From: the human T2T-CHM13v2.0 reference genome, Homo sapiens
Strand: one strand, 5' to 3'
Assembly (NCBI RefSeq): GCF_009914755.1
Contig: NC_060937.1
Length of the DNA: 64,000 nucleotides
Shown in pieces: positions 1-14,200 of the stretch. How positions within the stretch are numbered: the first letter of the stretch is position 1; the number at the start of each line of letters is the position of its first letter. The notes under the pieces are model-generated. The model worked only from the letters and a program-made list of their open reading frames with translations. It searched no databases and was not told the DNA's origin. A program made the translations under genes and the position numbers.

Positions 1-899
1 CCTGGGAGTATTGGTTGAAAGGAGAATAATGAACTTGGCTATCTTTCTCTGGGGAGTTGATCATAATCCCCAAAAATAACAATCCTGGAGGCCATAATCC
101 CAAATGTTGAAATCCTGAAAGAGCAAAATCCCAAAAATATAATTCTGGAAAAAATAACTTTAAAATTATTTAAAAGTTGCTTGTTTACATTTTTCAAAGG
201 GGATTTATTTAAGAAACATAAAAATATGACAATACTTCATAGGCCACTCTACACGTTAAAATAGGTAATAGTAACATTTTTGCAAGCATAAACACTCAGG
301 CATACTAATGGCAGTTGCACAGGTCTGACAATTATGAGCAGATGAACCATATTCATAAATAAATAGCTTATATAACTGTGGTCATCTGAAATACCATGAT
401 GGACAACCTAAGTCTTTTGAGGAGATCAGTCGAAATCCATGATGGGTCATCACCACATAGGCAGTCGTCCAAAGAACCAAAATCTCAAGAGATTTTACCT
501 TTCACAAATGCAGATGTACAAAAAGGACATCTTTTCACTTATTGAGGAAGTTTCAATATCTTTACACAAAAATGTTCATACAAAGTACGATGTTTACACA
601 CAAAGTCGTTGTGAGAACACTTGTGGAGTCAAATTTGCAAAAAAAAAAAGATGCATAAAATGAGAACTCTCTAAAAGTCTACACAGTTCATATCTCGGGT
701 ACTGGAAATGATTCAAAGCATAGCAAATTGTAAAAACCAATGCTGACAATTTAAAATAGTGGGAAAAAAAATTAAAAAAAAATCCCAAAACACAAATAAT
801 AAGAAAATTAAACATATTAAAAAGTATATTACAGGGATAGAGTATGAGCAATTGCACCAGAGCTAATTTCTAAGAGCTGGCCAACTTTCATGATCATTT

Positions 900-2200
900 T
901 GAAGTCTTGGGTCTCTATGAATAGCTGCCTTTTTTTTTTTTTTTTAAAGCATGGCTCTCTTTCACATTCATTTTCTATTTGGCACTACTTTTTTTGAAAT
1001 TCTTCTAGGATTCAGTATACATGGACATAAGCATTCCCTATAAAATTTTTGCATTTTCATTTTCTGTGTAATGCTTCTTTGTTGTTTTGCGCGCATGGAA
1101 ATCCATTTCACATGCACTCATCATATACAGACCACAGATTCAGGAGAAATAATATTGGTGCTTGAACAGCAACACCATCGTGTAAGTGTCTTCTTATTCT
1201 ACCACGCACTTAATTATTTTTGAACCAGCCAACTTTTTCAGGCACATGCTGCTTTAATTTATTGAAAGCTCCTGGCATGTCATCAGCTAGAGGGAATGCC
1301 AATGCAGGCAAGTGACACCTTTTTAAACTGAAGTTTTCATCATTGCTGTATTGCATGACCAATCCACTCATCTGAATTTTCAAATGCAAACACATTTGGT
1401 TGAATGTAAGAGACAAACTTTGTTGGCAACCCCTCAAAATTTGCTTTTAGAAACCTTGGTTTTACCTAATTCCAAATCTGTCATTATGGTTTGGGGATTC
1501 ATTTAAAATCTATTTTCTTCTACACTAAATCTTCAAATAAGCATTTATGAAGTGTTTCACTTTTTCCAGTCATTACTACATAAATGAGTAAATAAGTTCT
1601 AGAATTTTCAGATTCCACAGGGGCATGAGTTGTATGTAGTTAATAAGAAACAGTTTTGAAAGTGCCATCCATTAGCCAAAGTGAAGCCTGTGCTAGTTTT
1701 TCTATGTTAGATTTAATGGTAAATATAAGTCTATTTTATGTGGCAGTCAAATCCCTAATTAATAGTTCAACATTTAATGTGATTTTTAACACTGGAAGAA
1801 CCTCAATATCAGCAAGTGTCTTTGGTTCAGAAAGTCACTGAGCTTGTCAAATTCTTTTTATTCGTCAATGAAGGGCATTGTTTAAGATAAGCATGGTGCT
1901 TTGTGTGAAGGCACAGAAGTTGTACACGATTGGATAATTTAACAGGAGAGATTCCTTGTATTTTTCGCCTGATTTTAACTTCTGTGATCTGTGAAACAGT
2001 TACTGCACTTGTATTTGGAAAGTGGTTGTGGTCCACGAATTTTGTAGGTATATGATGTCCATTTAAAGTCTAGTTCCTGCCTGGACATTGCAATTAAGTG
2101 ATTTTCTGCTTTTGCAGTACCAATAATGATTAGCTTTTAAACTTTCATCTTTACCATTGGTAAGTACACTTATCACAGCATTTTTGTGAGGGGACAATTT
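900..2200 (-). pseudogene. Degenerate FLYWCH + MULE (DDE) transposase coding remnant
   Basis: Minus-strand fragments in several frames: KDESLKANHYWYCKSRKSLNCN (~2090-2155), WLMDGTFKT (~1652-1678), TIMTDLELG (~1464-1490), LPALAFPLADDMPGAFNKLK (ORF 1210-1437), NGFPCAQNNKEAL (~1069-1107). Many stops and frameshifts; boundaries approximate. Confidence 0.8.
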
Positions 2201-2272
2201 CACAGATCTATTCCATTGTGTTGTAAGGAATACAGTTAGAAAGGTTGATACTTGGCTCCCCAATACCAAATC

Positions 2273-2940
2273 CATATTAGTCAGGGTCCTCCAGGGACAC
2301 AACCAATAAGATACGTATATGGATATATGAAAGAGGATGTATTAGAGGAATTGGCTCACACAAATATGGTGGCTGAGAAGTCCCACAACAGGCTGTCTGC
2401 AAGATGGAGACCCTGGAATGCCAGCAACATGGCTCAGTCCAAGTACCAAGGCCTCAGGACCAGGGAAGCTAATGGTTAATTCTCAGTCTAAGGCTGAAAG
2501 CCCCAGAACCTGGGGGGCCATTGGTGTAAGTCGTGGAGTCCAAAAGCCAGCAAATCTGTCTGTCATACTGATGTCCAAGGCAACAGAAGAAAAATCCATC
2601 CCCGCTCTCAGAGGCAGACCAATTTGCCTCCTATATTTGTTCTCTCTGGGCCCCAGGCAATTGGATGGTGCTTGCCAATGTTCAGGGCACATATTCACCA
2701 CTAAATCTACTCAGATTCACACACTAACCTCCCCTGGAAACACCCTCACAGACACACTCAAAATAATGTTTTACCAGCTCTCTTGATATTCCTTAATCCA
2801 GTCAAGGTGACACCTAAAATTAGGTCTACGGTCTACCCCTTGTCAACTTGGCACCCATATGCCTCTCCTTCAACCATATTTAATTTCCAAATAAAGACAA
2901 TAGCAAGGTAATAGTTCCACCCAACATGATATACCTACCC
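2273..2940 (-). mobile_element. MLT2B-like ERVL LTR (~2273-2829) plus adjacent 3' end of HERVL internal sequence (~2830-2940)
   Basis: TATTAGTCAGGGTCCTCCAG..GGAATTGGCTCAC..GGCTGAGAAGTCCCAC..AATCCAGTCAAGGTGACACCTAAAATT resembles the MLT2 consensus. It is followed by CCCCTTGTCAACTTG..AAATAAAGACAA, typical of the HERVL 3' end. Confidence 0.8.
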
Positions 2941-3529
2941 TGTGATTGTGATTTTTGGGATTTTAGATTTTAGGGATTTTTTTATTTTAAGGGATTTCAG
3001 CATTCAGGGTTATGGCATTCAGGACTCTGTCTTTTGGGATTATGATTCAAACTCCTTTCTCTGTGAATCTATTGCTTCCAGTGGAAGAAAAGATATTGAC
3101 ATATCAGATTTGATATAATGTCTGCTCATTTTGGAGTCAGACATGAGGCTCAGGCCTGAGAGGGTTATGAATCTTGAATATGTAGCTCATCCTCCCCAGA
3201 TACTTAGAGAACATGGTCAGGAAGATGGTTATTATGGTCTTGCAAGCACAAGGGCATTCTACCCACCAAATTCTAATCAGAATTAATAAATAGAACAGAG
3301 TAACCCACTTTTTAAGTATCAGAGTATACACAAAGTCTGAATCTGCAAAGTAAAAAATGCATGTGAATCATTTGCTCAATTAAAGTCTAGTATAGATCAA
3401 CACTATGGAACAGGGAGTTTGGCCAAGGATGGGGAGGACTGGCTCTGGTTGATCACAGATCTACAAACACAGGGCATTGCAGACAAGGAAAATTTAAACC
3501 AGAATGGAAAAGTCACAGATAAGAATTCA

Positions 3530-3833
<304 letters not shown>

Positions 3834-4159
3834 AAGAGTTCAGACTAACAAAAAACAATCAATTCCACATGAAGACACAAGGTAACAGGCAGAAACTTCC
3901 TTGGCTCAGTGTTGATGACGATTGTCGATGCAGTCCCCTTAAAATGATATTCTTAAGATGAGTTGCTACCAATTAACTTGTGATCTCTCAAAGAATCAAG
4001 CCTTAGCTAAAAATTGGAAGGTCCTTTCTTCCGTGAGTCATACATTACCCAAAAGCCTTGGGCTTCCTGGAATGACTGTTAAAAATTTCGAATCTCCCAG
4101 CAATGAGTTTGAAACACAATTTTCAATGTTACTGACCTACCCAGCCATTTCTAGATGTA

Positions 4160-4717
4160 CAGCAGGTCCTTGAATAATGTTAGTTCATTTGACAATGTTC
4201 TTTATAATATTGATGAGGGAAAAAAAAAAAAAAAGGATTCCTGGCCAGGGCCATTATCTGGGTGGAGTTTGCATGTTCTCCCCATGTCTGCATAGGTCTT
4301 CTCTAGGTACTCCTGTTTCCTCCCACATCCCAAAGTGGTGCATGTTAGGTTAACTGGTGAGTATAAATTGTCTCAGTGCGAGTGAGTGAGAGTGCGCCCT
4401 GCAATGGGATGGTGTCCTGTCCAGCACTGGCTCCCGCCTTGCGCCCTGAGCTGCCGGAATATGTTCCAGCCACCTTAAACTGGAATGTTTTTATTAATCT
4501 TTCTTACATGAATATGTAGCTCACGTTTATTTTGATGTTTAATACTAGGTCTTTATTTAGAAATTTGGTGATGTTTTTGTGACCAGAAATATAGAGTAGG
4601 AACTTAACTCTTGTTTACATCAATTAGCCTATGGTAAAATTGGTTTTGTTATACGTTGTTTCACTTAAAGTCACAGTTTCTAATAATTTATCAATGGCAT
4701 TAAGTGAGGACTTACTG
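4160..4717 (+). mobile_element. MER6/MER6A non-autonomous Tigger-type DNA transposon
   Basis: Starts TA|CAGCAGGTCCTTGAATAATG and ends TTAAGTGAGGACTTACTG. Internal GTGGAGTTTGCATGTTCTCCCCATGTCTGC..TTTCCTCCCACATCCCAAAG core matches recalled MER6. Confidence 0.8.
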
Positions 4718-4844
4718 GATAGATGAAGTGTTCACACAGTGTGTGATCAGGACAGGGGACAAGGCAGGGAGCACAGCAGGAAACAACCAGGAACAGAAGA
4801 GACACTTTTGTCCATGGACTACTTCCTTTTTGTTTTTTAAAGAT

Positions 4845-5550
4845 CACATACATTTTTTACTTTTTATTAGGGAAATTTTTAAACACAGACACAAGAGTGG
4901 CAAAAATGATATAATAAATTCTCATGAGTCCATCACTCAGCTTTACCAATTAGCAATAATTTGTCTTTCTCATTTCATCTCTATCCCCTTATTTGATTTC
5001 ATTTTTATTTCTGCTGGAGTATTTTAAAGCAAATTCCAAGCATCATATCATATCACCCATAAATACTGCAGTATATATCTCTTTTTTTAAACAAAATCCC
5101 AGTACTATTATCTGTCTTCAACAAAATTAATAATCATTTTTTATTGTCTACTGCACACCTACATTTGTGTTCAAATTTGCTCAGTTGGCTCAAATATCAC
5201 TTTTTATAGTTGGTTTGTTTGAATTGGGATTCAAACAAGGTTTACACTTTGCATTTGGTTGCTATATCCCTTAAGTCTGTTCTAATCTATAAATTTCTGT
5301 TTCTGTCTCTACCTTCCTGCCATTTACTGATTGAAAAGTTGGGTCGTATGTCCTGTAGAAGTCCCCTCATTCTGGATTTTTCTGATGGAATCTCCACGGT
5401 GTCATTTTAAATGTCCTTGTATCCCCATGTGTTTTGTGAACAGATAGGTAGACAGGGCTTCAATTCAATTCTTATTATTGTTAATCAGTTAATCTGTGGG
5501 GCAAGAATACTTTATTGATTGTGTTATAATCTTCCTATTGCATCACATCA
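4845..5550 (-). mobile_element. Old L1M (L1MC/ME-type) 3' UTR fragment
   Basis: AT-rich degenerate sequence resembling mammalian-wide L1 3' ends; subfamily not resolved. Confidence 0.45.
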
Positions 5551-7754
5551 ATGGAAAGTGATGTTCAGCTTAATTAATTGGTTCAGGTAGATTCATCTAA
5601 TTTTATGTAAGATTCTTAATTATGAATGTAATATGTTCATTGTGGAAAAATTAGAAAATACAGATAGCAACAAAGAGGAAAATAAAAAGCAAGGGTATTC
5701 CTATAATCCAAAGAGGCCTGCTGTTCACATTTGGCATATACCTTTTCAGTTTTTTTTCTATTTGGTTGATCAATCTTAAAACTTCCTTCTTTCTCTTCCT
5801 TACTGACTTTACACTGCCCCCTTAAAGATTGTCCAATAAGCCCACTGGTTAACAAATATTTTGGATGGATATTATTTTTGTGATTCTGGAAAGAAAGAAG
5901 GAGGGAGGGAGGGAGAAAATACAGTTTGAGCACCTGCTATGTAGCAATTACTTGTACATTACTTGTATTTATCTTCACAATGACCTTGTCAGCAAGGTCT
6001 TGTATTCTCACTTTATAAAAGAGGAGATTGAGACTCAGATCTCTTGGAGTCTTTAATTCTAAGTCCAAAGAGTTGTGGAGTCTTTTGATTCCAAGTCTGA
6101 AGTCCTAATATTTATTTCCTTCCTGAATGTTGTGGTATTGATGTTAAACAAGACCATTCTATCTAGCCAGTTAAGAATGTACTTGATGGGCATGAAAAAA
6201 CCTGATAGTGGCTTAGAATGCTTGAGAGATTTTATTTGACATTTAGCCAGGCAAATTCATTTAGGCATATGAAAACAAGTACAGAAAGTTCTCCATTTTC
6301 ATAGATTAAAAACACAGTTTTGTATGCTTTCCATGTTTGGCCTCATCTTTACTGTTGCTCTTTTCTTGTGGTACTGGTTGTTAGAGTTTTTAACTTAAAA
6401 TAGATAAAAGAATAGAAAGGTAGGCAAAAATCTGTAATGGAGGACATTGGGTTTTGGATTATCTATAAATCTTATGTCATACCAATTTTAATCACATGAG
6501 TTAATTCAAAGAAGCATAGAATATTAGAATTGACAGGTGTCTTAAAGATTACCTGCTGGAATATTCTCAATATGTAATGAAGAGGCCAAAACTCCAATGG
6601 GTTGAGTGATTTTTCAGCAGCTCATCCAACTACTTTGATATCAAGGCATGAATTGAACTTAACATCTTTTACTCCTTCAGTTGTATATTACCATTGTATG
6701 AGTTCGACCTGTTCTGAGGATTTTTTCTTCTATGAACAGAAGAAAATGCTTAAGTAATCTTTTCATTACACTTAGGATGAGTAGTGAACTTACTGGATTC
6801 AGAAGCATGTCTTACTGTTGTAAAACACATACCAAGAAGGGTTTCCTACTATTGAGAAAGCTGAGGACCAGTTTTCCAATAAGGACATCAGACAGGGAGA
6901 GAAAACACATTTTAAATAAGGCTAAGATTATATTTTCTCTTGGGTTTCTTTATTTTTACCTAATTGCCTACATGATTAAATTTAAATAAATATGTCTTTT
7001 AAGAAACATTCAACCTTTTAGTTCCAAAAGAAAGGTAGTAGAGAATAAGGTTGCTTGTAATATTACTGAACATACTTTTATATAGAAATGCTTGAATATA
7101 GAAATGTACAAATATGGAAAACTCACTAGGGAAAATTGATGGAAAATCTTTCATCATGCTATACTTTAAAATGCAAACAGAAAGGGCAGAAACAAATGGC
7201 AGGAAATAGCTAATTGTTCATTCAGCAACGGATTCTTGGGACAATGGTTTGAAGCAGCTAGATGATGTGCTTAGTATCCAGTTTCCTACCATTTCATATA
7301 AACATTGCCTCTCTGTTTCCTTCACGGATAAATTTAACCTTAAAATCAGTCCCAGTGTCTCCAGTGCTGTCCTGTTTGTAGGGCAGTAATCAGTCAACAG
7401 GTTTTTGACACTTTGTGGCTTACAGGATATCTTTCAGCAGACAGACATGTTCATTAGTTGTCCAGTTTCTAATGATATTTCTGGATTGTGTACAGGAACT
7501 GATAGTGCCATGTGGTAAATGGCCATTTATTCTGGCTTCTGAGCAATTGAAATGCGGGAACTATTTAGTTCCATGGTACTTGACAGAAGGAAACAGATTT
7601 ACTACACAAGATTGAAAACAATTCTGTCATTGTGAGCTGAGAATAAATTGACAGAAGCATAGCATATTTTCTATATGCATATCCAGTAGTAAAGAATAGT
7701 ATAGAGATACCATCCATGTTCAAACAAAAGGTATTTTTAAAAATATATAGTGAA

Positions 7755-8017
7755 GCCTAATGTGATGGCTCATGCCTGTAATCCCAGTGCTTCGGGATGC
7801 CAAGGTAGGAGGATCACTTGAGGCTGGGAGTTCCTGAGCAACATGGCAAGACCATGTCTCTACAAAATTTTTTTTAAAATAGCCAGATGTGGTAGTGCAT
7901 GCTGGTAGTCTCAGCTATTCAGGAGGCTGAGGTGGGAGGATTACTTGAGCCCAGAAGTTCAAGGTTACAGTGCGCTATGATTGCACCACTTCATTCCAGT
8001 CTGGGCAACAAAGCAAG

Positions 8018-8019
<2 letters not shown>
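7755..8019 (+). mobile_element. AluJ element with tail replaced by microsatellite
   Basis: AluJ-type GGAGGATCACTTGAG and GAGCCCAGAAGTTCAAGG motifs. Confidence 0.85.

Positions 8020-8087
<68 letters not shown>
8020..8087. repeat. Compound microsatellite (TC)n(TA)n
   Basis: About 20 TC units followed by about 13 TA units. Confidence 0.97.
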
Positions 8088-8091
8088 GACA

Positions 8092-8270
8092 CAATATCAT
8101 TACATAGCTGTCCATTCCCTGCTTCCCGTAGCCCCTGATAACCACCATACTACTGTGTGTCTCTATGAATCTGACTGCTCTAGGTACCTCATATAAGTGC
8201 AATCACACAGTACTAGTCTCTTTGTGACTGGCTTGTTGCACTTAGCATAATGTTCTCAAGGTTTATGTAT
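8092..8270. repeat. 179-bp local duplication of 9206-9384 (L1MB-type segment)
   Basis: Ungapped alignment with 7 mismatches by manual comparison (~96%). Confidence 0.93.
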
Positions 8271-8293
8271 AAATGTACATATATATATATGTA

Positions 8294-8343
8294 GGGGGGG
8301 GTGTGGGTGTGGGTGGGTGTGTGGGTGTGGTTGGGTGTGGGTG
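8294..8343 (+). repeat. G/GT-rich simple repeat (GGGTGT-like), potential G-quadruplex
   Basis: G8 run followed by at least five GGG runs. Confidence 0.7.
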
Positions 8344-8574
8344 TCAGAAAAAGTAACTCTTATGTACCCATCAACCAATTTCAACAATTATCAACTCTTA
8401 GCCAGTCTAGTTTCATCATTAAGTATACAGTTACTCTTGAAATGTCCTGAATGATCTCATAAATGTTTTGTTTTCTTCCTGAGTTTGTATGTTTGAATCA
8501 GTAACCAGATAAGATCTATACATTTGCAATTGACTTATAATGTTTTTAATTAATTTATTTATTTATTGAAAAAT

Positions 8575-8705
8575 TTTTTTTTTGTGGAGACAGGGTTTCA
8601 CCATGTTGCCCAGGCTGGTGGTCTCAAACTCCTGGGCTCAAATGACCCACCTTCCTCGAACTCACAAAGTTTTGGGATTACAGGTGTGAGCCACTGCACC
8701 TGGCC
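8575..8705 (-). mobile_element. Alu monomer (FLAM/left arm)
   Basis: GAGACAGGGTTTCACCATGTTGCCCAGGCTGG..GGGATTACAGGTGTGAGCCACTGCACCTGGCC. Confidence 0.85.
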
Positions 8706-8734
8706 TGATAATAATTTTTAAATTAAAATTAAAA

Positions 8735-9515
<781 letters not shown>

Positions 9516-9583
9516 TCACATATTTATAATGTTGGCTTCTAATCCACAAACATTGTATAATTTATCATTTATTTAGGCTACCG

Positions 9584-9734
9584 AATCAGAATTACCTGGA
9601 AGGTTTATTAAACACAGCCCACCTCAGAGTTTCTGATTCAGCAGGTCTGGGGTGGGGCCTGATAATTTGCATTTCTAACAATTCCCAGGTGATGTTGCTG
9701 CTGCTGGTCCAGGACTATACTTTGAGAACCACTG
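9584..9734. mobile_element. MER5A (hAT-Charlie) element
   Basis: TCTGATTCAGCAGGTCTGGGGTGGGGCCTG..TTTGCATTTCTAACAA..CTTTGAGAACCACTG. Confidence 0.85.
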
Positions 9735-11269
9735 CCATACAATTTTGAAGATTTAGAAAAATCTGGCTAATTTTTGCCAAATAAAAAACAATAGAGCATG
9801 TGATGTTATTTCAATTCTATCAAGATTCATTTTAAATAATAGTTGTGTCATCTAAAAACCAAACTTAGAAATGTAGAATCTATAGATCTTTCCTACTGTA
9901 GTACATGTGGTTGTTTATGCTCTTTGTCAGACAACCATTGAGATCAGGAGACATAGAGCTGCAAATCAATTTATGACCTTTGTGAAAGGGAAAATTTAAA
10001 GGTCCTTTATCTCCCTCTAGCCTTTAATTTAAAATTTTGCAGGTTGGATACTTGCCAAAAAAAGCAATTAGAGAGATTCTTAAACTTTGCATTGACTTAT
10101 TGGGCAGAAAGCTGAACAAAGGGCCATGTAAATAATACATAAATATAAAAACGAATTCAAATAGTGTGCACATTAGGGAATTCTAAAGAACCCTGAAGGA
10201 GCCAGGGGAAGGAGATTGGAAAGAAGGATTTTATTTCTCTTATCTGCTCCATCTCTTCTTAGTTTAAATCCCATTGAACCTCCAACTTAGATAATATTAG
10301 ATTCACCCTTCCTTTATTGAAACATATAGTGCACGAATAATCCTAAATTGTTGGGTTGAATTGGAAATGGATGGGAGGCAAGAGATGTCACAGCATTTTC
10401 CTTTCCTGGCAGTAAAGTTTTATCAGTGTTCTTTCCTGGTGGCGTGGCTAGAAATGGCAACCAAGAAAGTGACTCAGTTTACCCCTGATTTTCAGTTTGT
10501 ACTGGGGGCAGTGAGTGGGAGTCCCACCTCTATCTGCACTTAATGCTGTTTGACTTGGGCAGCACTTTCCATACTTGCCACCTCCCCATGTCCTCCAAAC
10601 CTCCCAACAATCTGATAGAAATCATCTGTTCTCCATCATTTTCACCAGGAAGCTAGGACAGTGGCTCAAAGTGTAAACTGAAGGTCCCTGAGATTCCCTG
10701 AGATCCTTACAGGGAGCCATTGAGGTCAGAACTATTTCTTGATGAGTTAAGATATTATTTCCGTTTTTCATTTTTATTATCTCAAGTATGCAATGGAGTT
10801 TTTCAAGGAGTTATATGACAGGTGATATTGCAACTCATTGAATGCAGAAGACATAAGAATCCAGCTGTCTTCCACTTAGAGATTTTCTAAAATAAGATGT
10901 GACTCTCACTAAATGTTTTTATTTTGGAACGAATTCATAAAACTATGTCATTTTTGCTAACATGTAATGGGCTTACTATTGTTATTTTAATTAAATTGAT
11001 AAATATATATTTAAAATGTTCTTAGTTTAAATTTCTAATATAGTAAATATTGATAGATACAACCTACATAAACAAAAGCTATATGGAGTCCTCAATAATT
11101 TTTAAGAATGTAAAGGGATTCTGAGGCCAAAATGTTTGAGAATTGCTGGGCTAGGATTGTTCAAGCCTCTCTGGGGCATATGCTAATTATCTTAAAGCCA
11201 CCCAATCATCACCCACCTTCCCACCAATGTCTTCGTACTCACTTCTTGTGAGCCAATCCTCACAGTCAG

Positions 11270-11480
11270 GAGGCAGTAGTGTTAGGATGGTTGAAAGTAA
11301 AAGCACAAAGAGATTGAGTTCAAATTCTTTCTTGGCTACCTGTGAAGTTTGTAACTTTGACTAATTTACTGGGCCCTTCAAAAGTCTCAGTTTTCTCATC
11401 TATAAAAGGGGTATAATGGTAGTACCTACCTTATACGTTTGTGAGAATTAAGAAAGAAGGCACATAATTTATGTTAGCTA
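11270..11480 (+). mobile_element. MIR
   Basis: GAGTTCAAATTC..CTCAGTTTTCTCATCTATAAAAGGGGTATAAT core. Confidence 0.7.
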
Positions 11481-12230
11481 TAATAGATGAAATTCTTTAG
11501 AGTTTTATTTGTGGTTATCTAATCATAAGGATTGGAAAGAAGTAAAGTCCATGCCAACTTGTTTTACTTCTTTGAAAAAGAGAAACAAGAGGTATAGTAA
11601 CGTTTAATGTTTGGTTTAACATGTACAGTGGATGAGAGGGCATTCTATATTGATCTCCTCAATCTGGCCAGAAAAGTGTTGTGATTTCTAACAGTTTATT
11701 TTCACATTTTGTTTCCCTAAGTTCAATGAGCCCTCCACTTCTAATGAGGTGGCTTTAGGGTAGAGAAATCAAAAGGCAGTTGGCTTTGTTGTGACGGGCA
11801 GATCTGGATGGAGCATTATAAGGGTGAGGCTGCTGAGTTTCCCATCTTGCTTATACATATGATGCTTTGAAACCTACGCTGACCTGTTTTAACTCTGGCC
11901 TAAAGACAGGCCAGGTGAACAGAAATAGAGCCAGCGTCTCCACTGGCAACACAGCCATCCTGAAGAGGAATGTCTGTGTGTGCATCTGCCACCAGAAGTG
12001 GGATGCTAGAGAGGCATTGATCTCTTTTTTGATATTGAGTTTTATCCAAGTACTCATTAAGTAGATCCCTTTTATTTTCAAAATATCTGGGGTTAATGTG
12101 CTTAATTTGGTTAGACCTAGTGAGTGAGCTATGGAGAACTGGAATCATTTTATATCAGTTCCTCATCTTTGCTCAGATTCATTCTGTACTGCCTGTCTCT
12201 TCTGCTTCTTAGACAAAGATTGAACTTGCA

Positions 12231-12527
12231 GGCCAGGTGCAGTGGCTCATGCCTGTAATTCCAACACTTTGGGAGGCCGAGGCGGGCAGATCACTTGAGG
12301 TCGGGAATTCGAAACCAGCCTGACCAACATGGAGAAACCCCGCCTCTACTAAAAATACAAAGTTAGCTGGGTGTGGTGGTGCATGCCTGTAATCCCAGCT
12401 ACTCAGGAGGCTGAGGCAGGAGAATTGCTTCAACCCAGGAGACGGAGATTGTGGTGAGCCGAGGTGACGCCATTGCACTCCAGCCTGGGCAACAAGAGTG
12501 AAACTCCATCTCAAAATAAATAAATAA
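12231..12527 (+). mobile_element. AluSp/Sq element
   Basis: Full Alu with CTGACCAACATGGAGAAACC; TSD AAAGATTGAACTTGC at 12215-12229 and 12528-12542. Confidence 0.95.
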
Positions 12528-13639
12528 AAAGATTGAACTTGCTACATGCTTCTATCTCTATCTGCCTTCTGTGCTGCCAGCTCCTGCTTCTAGCAAGAAG
12601 CAAGAGAACTTATGTTTTTTCAACCCCTAGTTCTCTCCTGGTAAAACTGTGAAGAATCTATTTGCATATCTAGCCATTCTACATGCATAAAAATGCTATA
12701 TCGACACAAAGAAAAGACTTGTTCATAGGCTCATAGTTCTGATACAAGGCTTACCAGCTGAATTGCCCACAGTCAGGCCCTACAGAGAACTCTGCTAGTT
12801 TGATACTCCTATTAATATACAGCTAATAGGTGGTCCTGTATCCTACAGCTGTGGCCAAGGTCCCACACACAATCAATTTTCCATTCCGTTAGACTGGGAG
12901 GGAGATTGTTAGCTTTCTATGAACATAAGAAGATCCCCTGATGGAGCCATCTACATAGGATAGGTTTTTGTATAGGTTTAATGACCCTTCAGAGTTGGTA
13001 AATGGTCCACAATTTCTCTAACCTTCACTTCCTGGACCCAAAGAGAGATTGGCACCAACTTTACTGTGTCATTAATTTCAGGAGTCATTCACTGACCTTC
13101 TCCAGCAGTGGCAGCAACTCCCCAAGTCAATCAGGCAATAAAACCAGCTGTACCAAAAATGTAACAACAGTTCAAGTTTACTTTATCCAGGGGCCTCAAG
13201 TATTCAAGATTGACGTCCCTACCTCCCCATCTCCAAGGATGCCCCCCCCTCCCCGCCATGATGATACCCAAGAGTGAGTCAGTGTAGCCAGGTACCATTG
13301 CCCACAGGAGGCTCAGCTTTGTCCCTTTCAAATGATCCTCCCCAAGGGCTTCTGTTTCTCTTACTTCTAGCCATTTGGTCTTAGCCATTGTGTTTCCTGT
13401 GATCCATATGCCAAGCCCCCACATCTTACATAGGCCATTGGAAATTTGGGTGCTCTGGGAAACCTCATTAATCAAACCATGTCCTGCAAGGCTGACTGCC
13501 AACCAGCCCAAAGACTGACCTGGTGTCACAGAGATGTCCTGAAGGCCTTCTCCTCCTGGTGAAGCCCATCATCAAGAAGATGTTGGACTTGCAGATCCAG
13601 ACAAGAGAATATGAGGATGTTCTTACCACATCAGGCAGT

Positions 13640-14200
13640 AATACAATGGCCTCCTAACTGGTGTCCTTGTGCCCGTGCTTTTCCTCTTCTCCATTCCCCA
13701 TACAGCAGTCAGGAAATCTGATTGTGTTCTTCCTTTGTTTAAAACCCTTTCCTGTGTCCCACATGATGGCCTGCATGATCCTTCATGCCCTTGACCTTGC
13801 CAACCTCTCAGGTCTCATCTCATGCCACCTTCTTCCTCCCTGCTGTGCTCAGGCCACATGGCCTTCCTCTAGCTCCTCAAGTGCCTAGAGGCCCTTCCAG
13901 AGGCTGGTCCCTTTGACTCTTCAACTCATTAATTTCCACTCATCCTTCAGAGCTCAGCTCAAATGTCACTTCCTCGAGGCGACTGTCCTTGAGTCCCCAC
14001 TCGCTCATCATACTTTTGCTAGCTCTGCGTCCCGTTCCATCATAGGTTGTAATTACAAGTCTGAGTAATGTGTGCCTCCTTTAGTGGCTTGTAAGGTTCA
14101 TGAAGGCAGGATCTATATCTATCAAAGTTCCCCCTGAATTCTGAGTACCTACACAGTAGGAGTCTGATAAATATTTATTGGACAAATAAATCAACAAAAA
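13640..14200 (+). mobile_element. L2 3' fragment
   Basis: CTCAGCTCAAATGTCACTTCCTC..ACACAGTAGG..TAAATATTTATTG typical of the L2 3' end. Confidence 0.65.

Larger units (their letters stand above)
52..3055 (-). mobile_element. Ricksha-type Mutator (MULE/MuDR) DNA transposon fossil, full length, carrying an ERVL LTR passenger
   Basis: Imperfect ~100 bp terminal inverted repeats (GGGAGTTGATCATAATCCC.. at 52; ..GGGATTATGATTCAAACTCC ending 3055) and flanking direct repeat CTTTCTCTG (43-51 and 3055-3063, overlapping the terminal C). Disrupted minus-strand transposase motifs: FLYWCH-like YWYCKSRKSLNC, WLMDGTFKT, IMTDLELG, QNNKEA. Confidence 0.88.

Noticed and set aside
7899-8202. ORFs with LSLS/YIYI/RERE runs (also CVCV at ~29139-29491 and HTHT at ~44978-45190)
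   Set aside because: Artefacts of dinucleotide microsatellites.
13002-13529. 91-aa and 132-aa ORFs in moderately GC-rich upstream DNA
   Set aside because: No recognisable homology or splice structure; the region looks like degenerate LTR/L2-type sequence.
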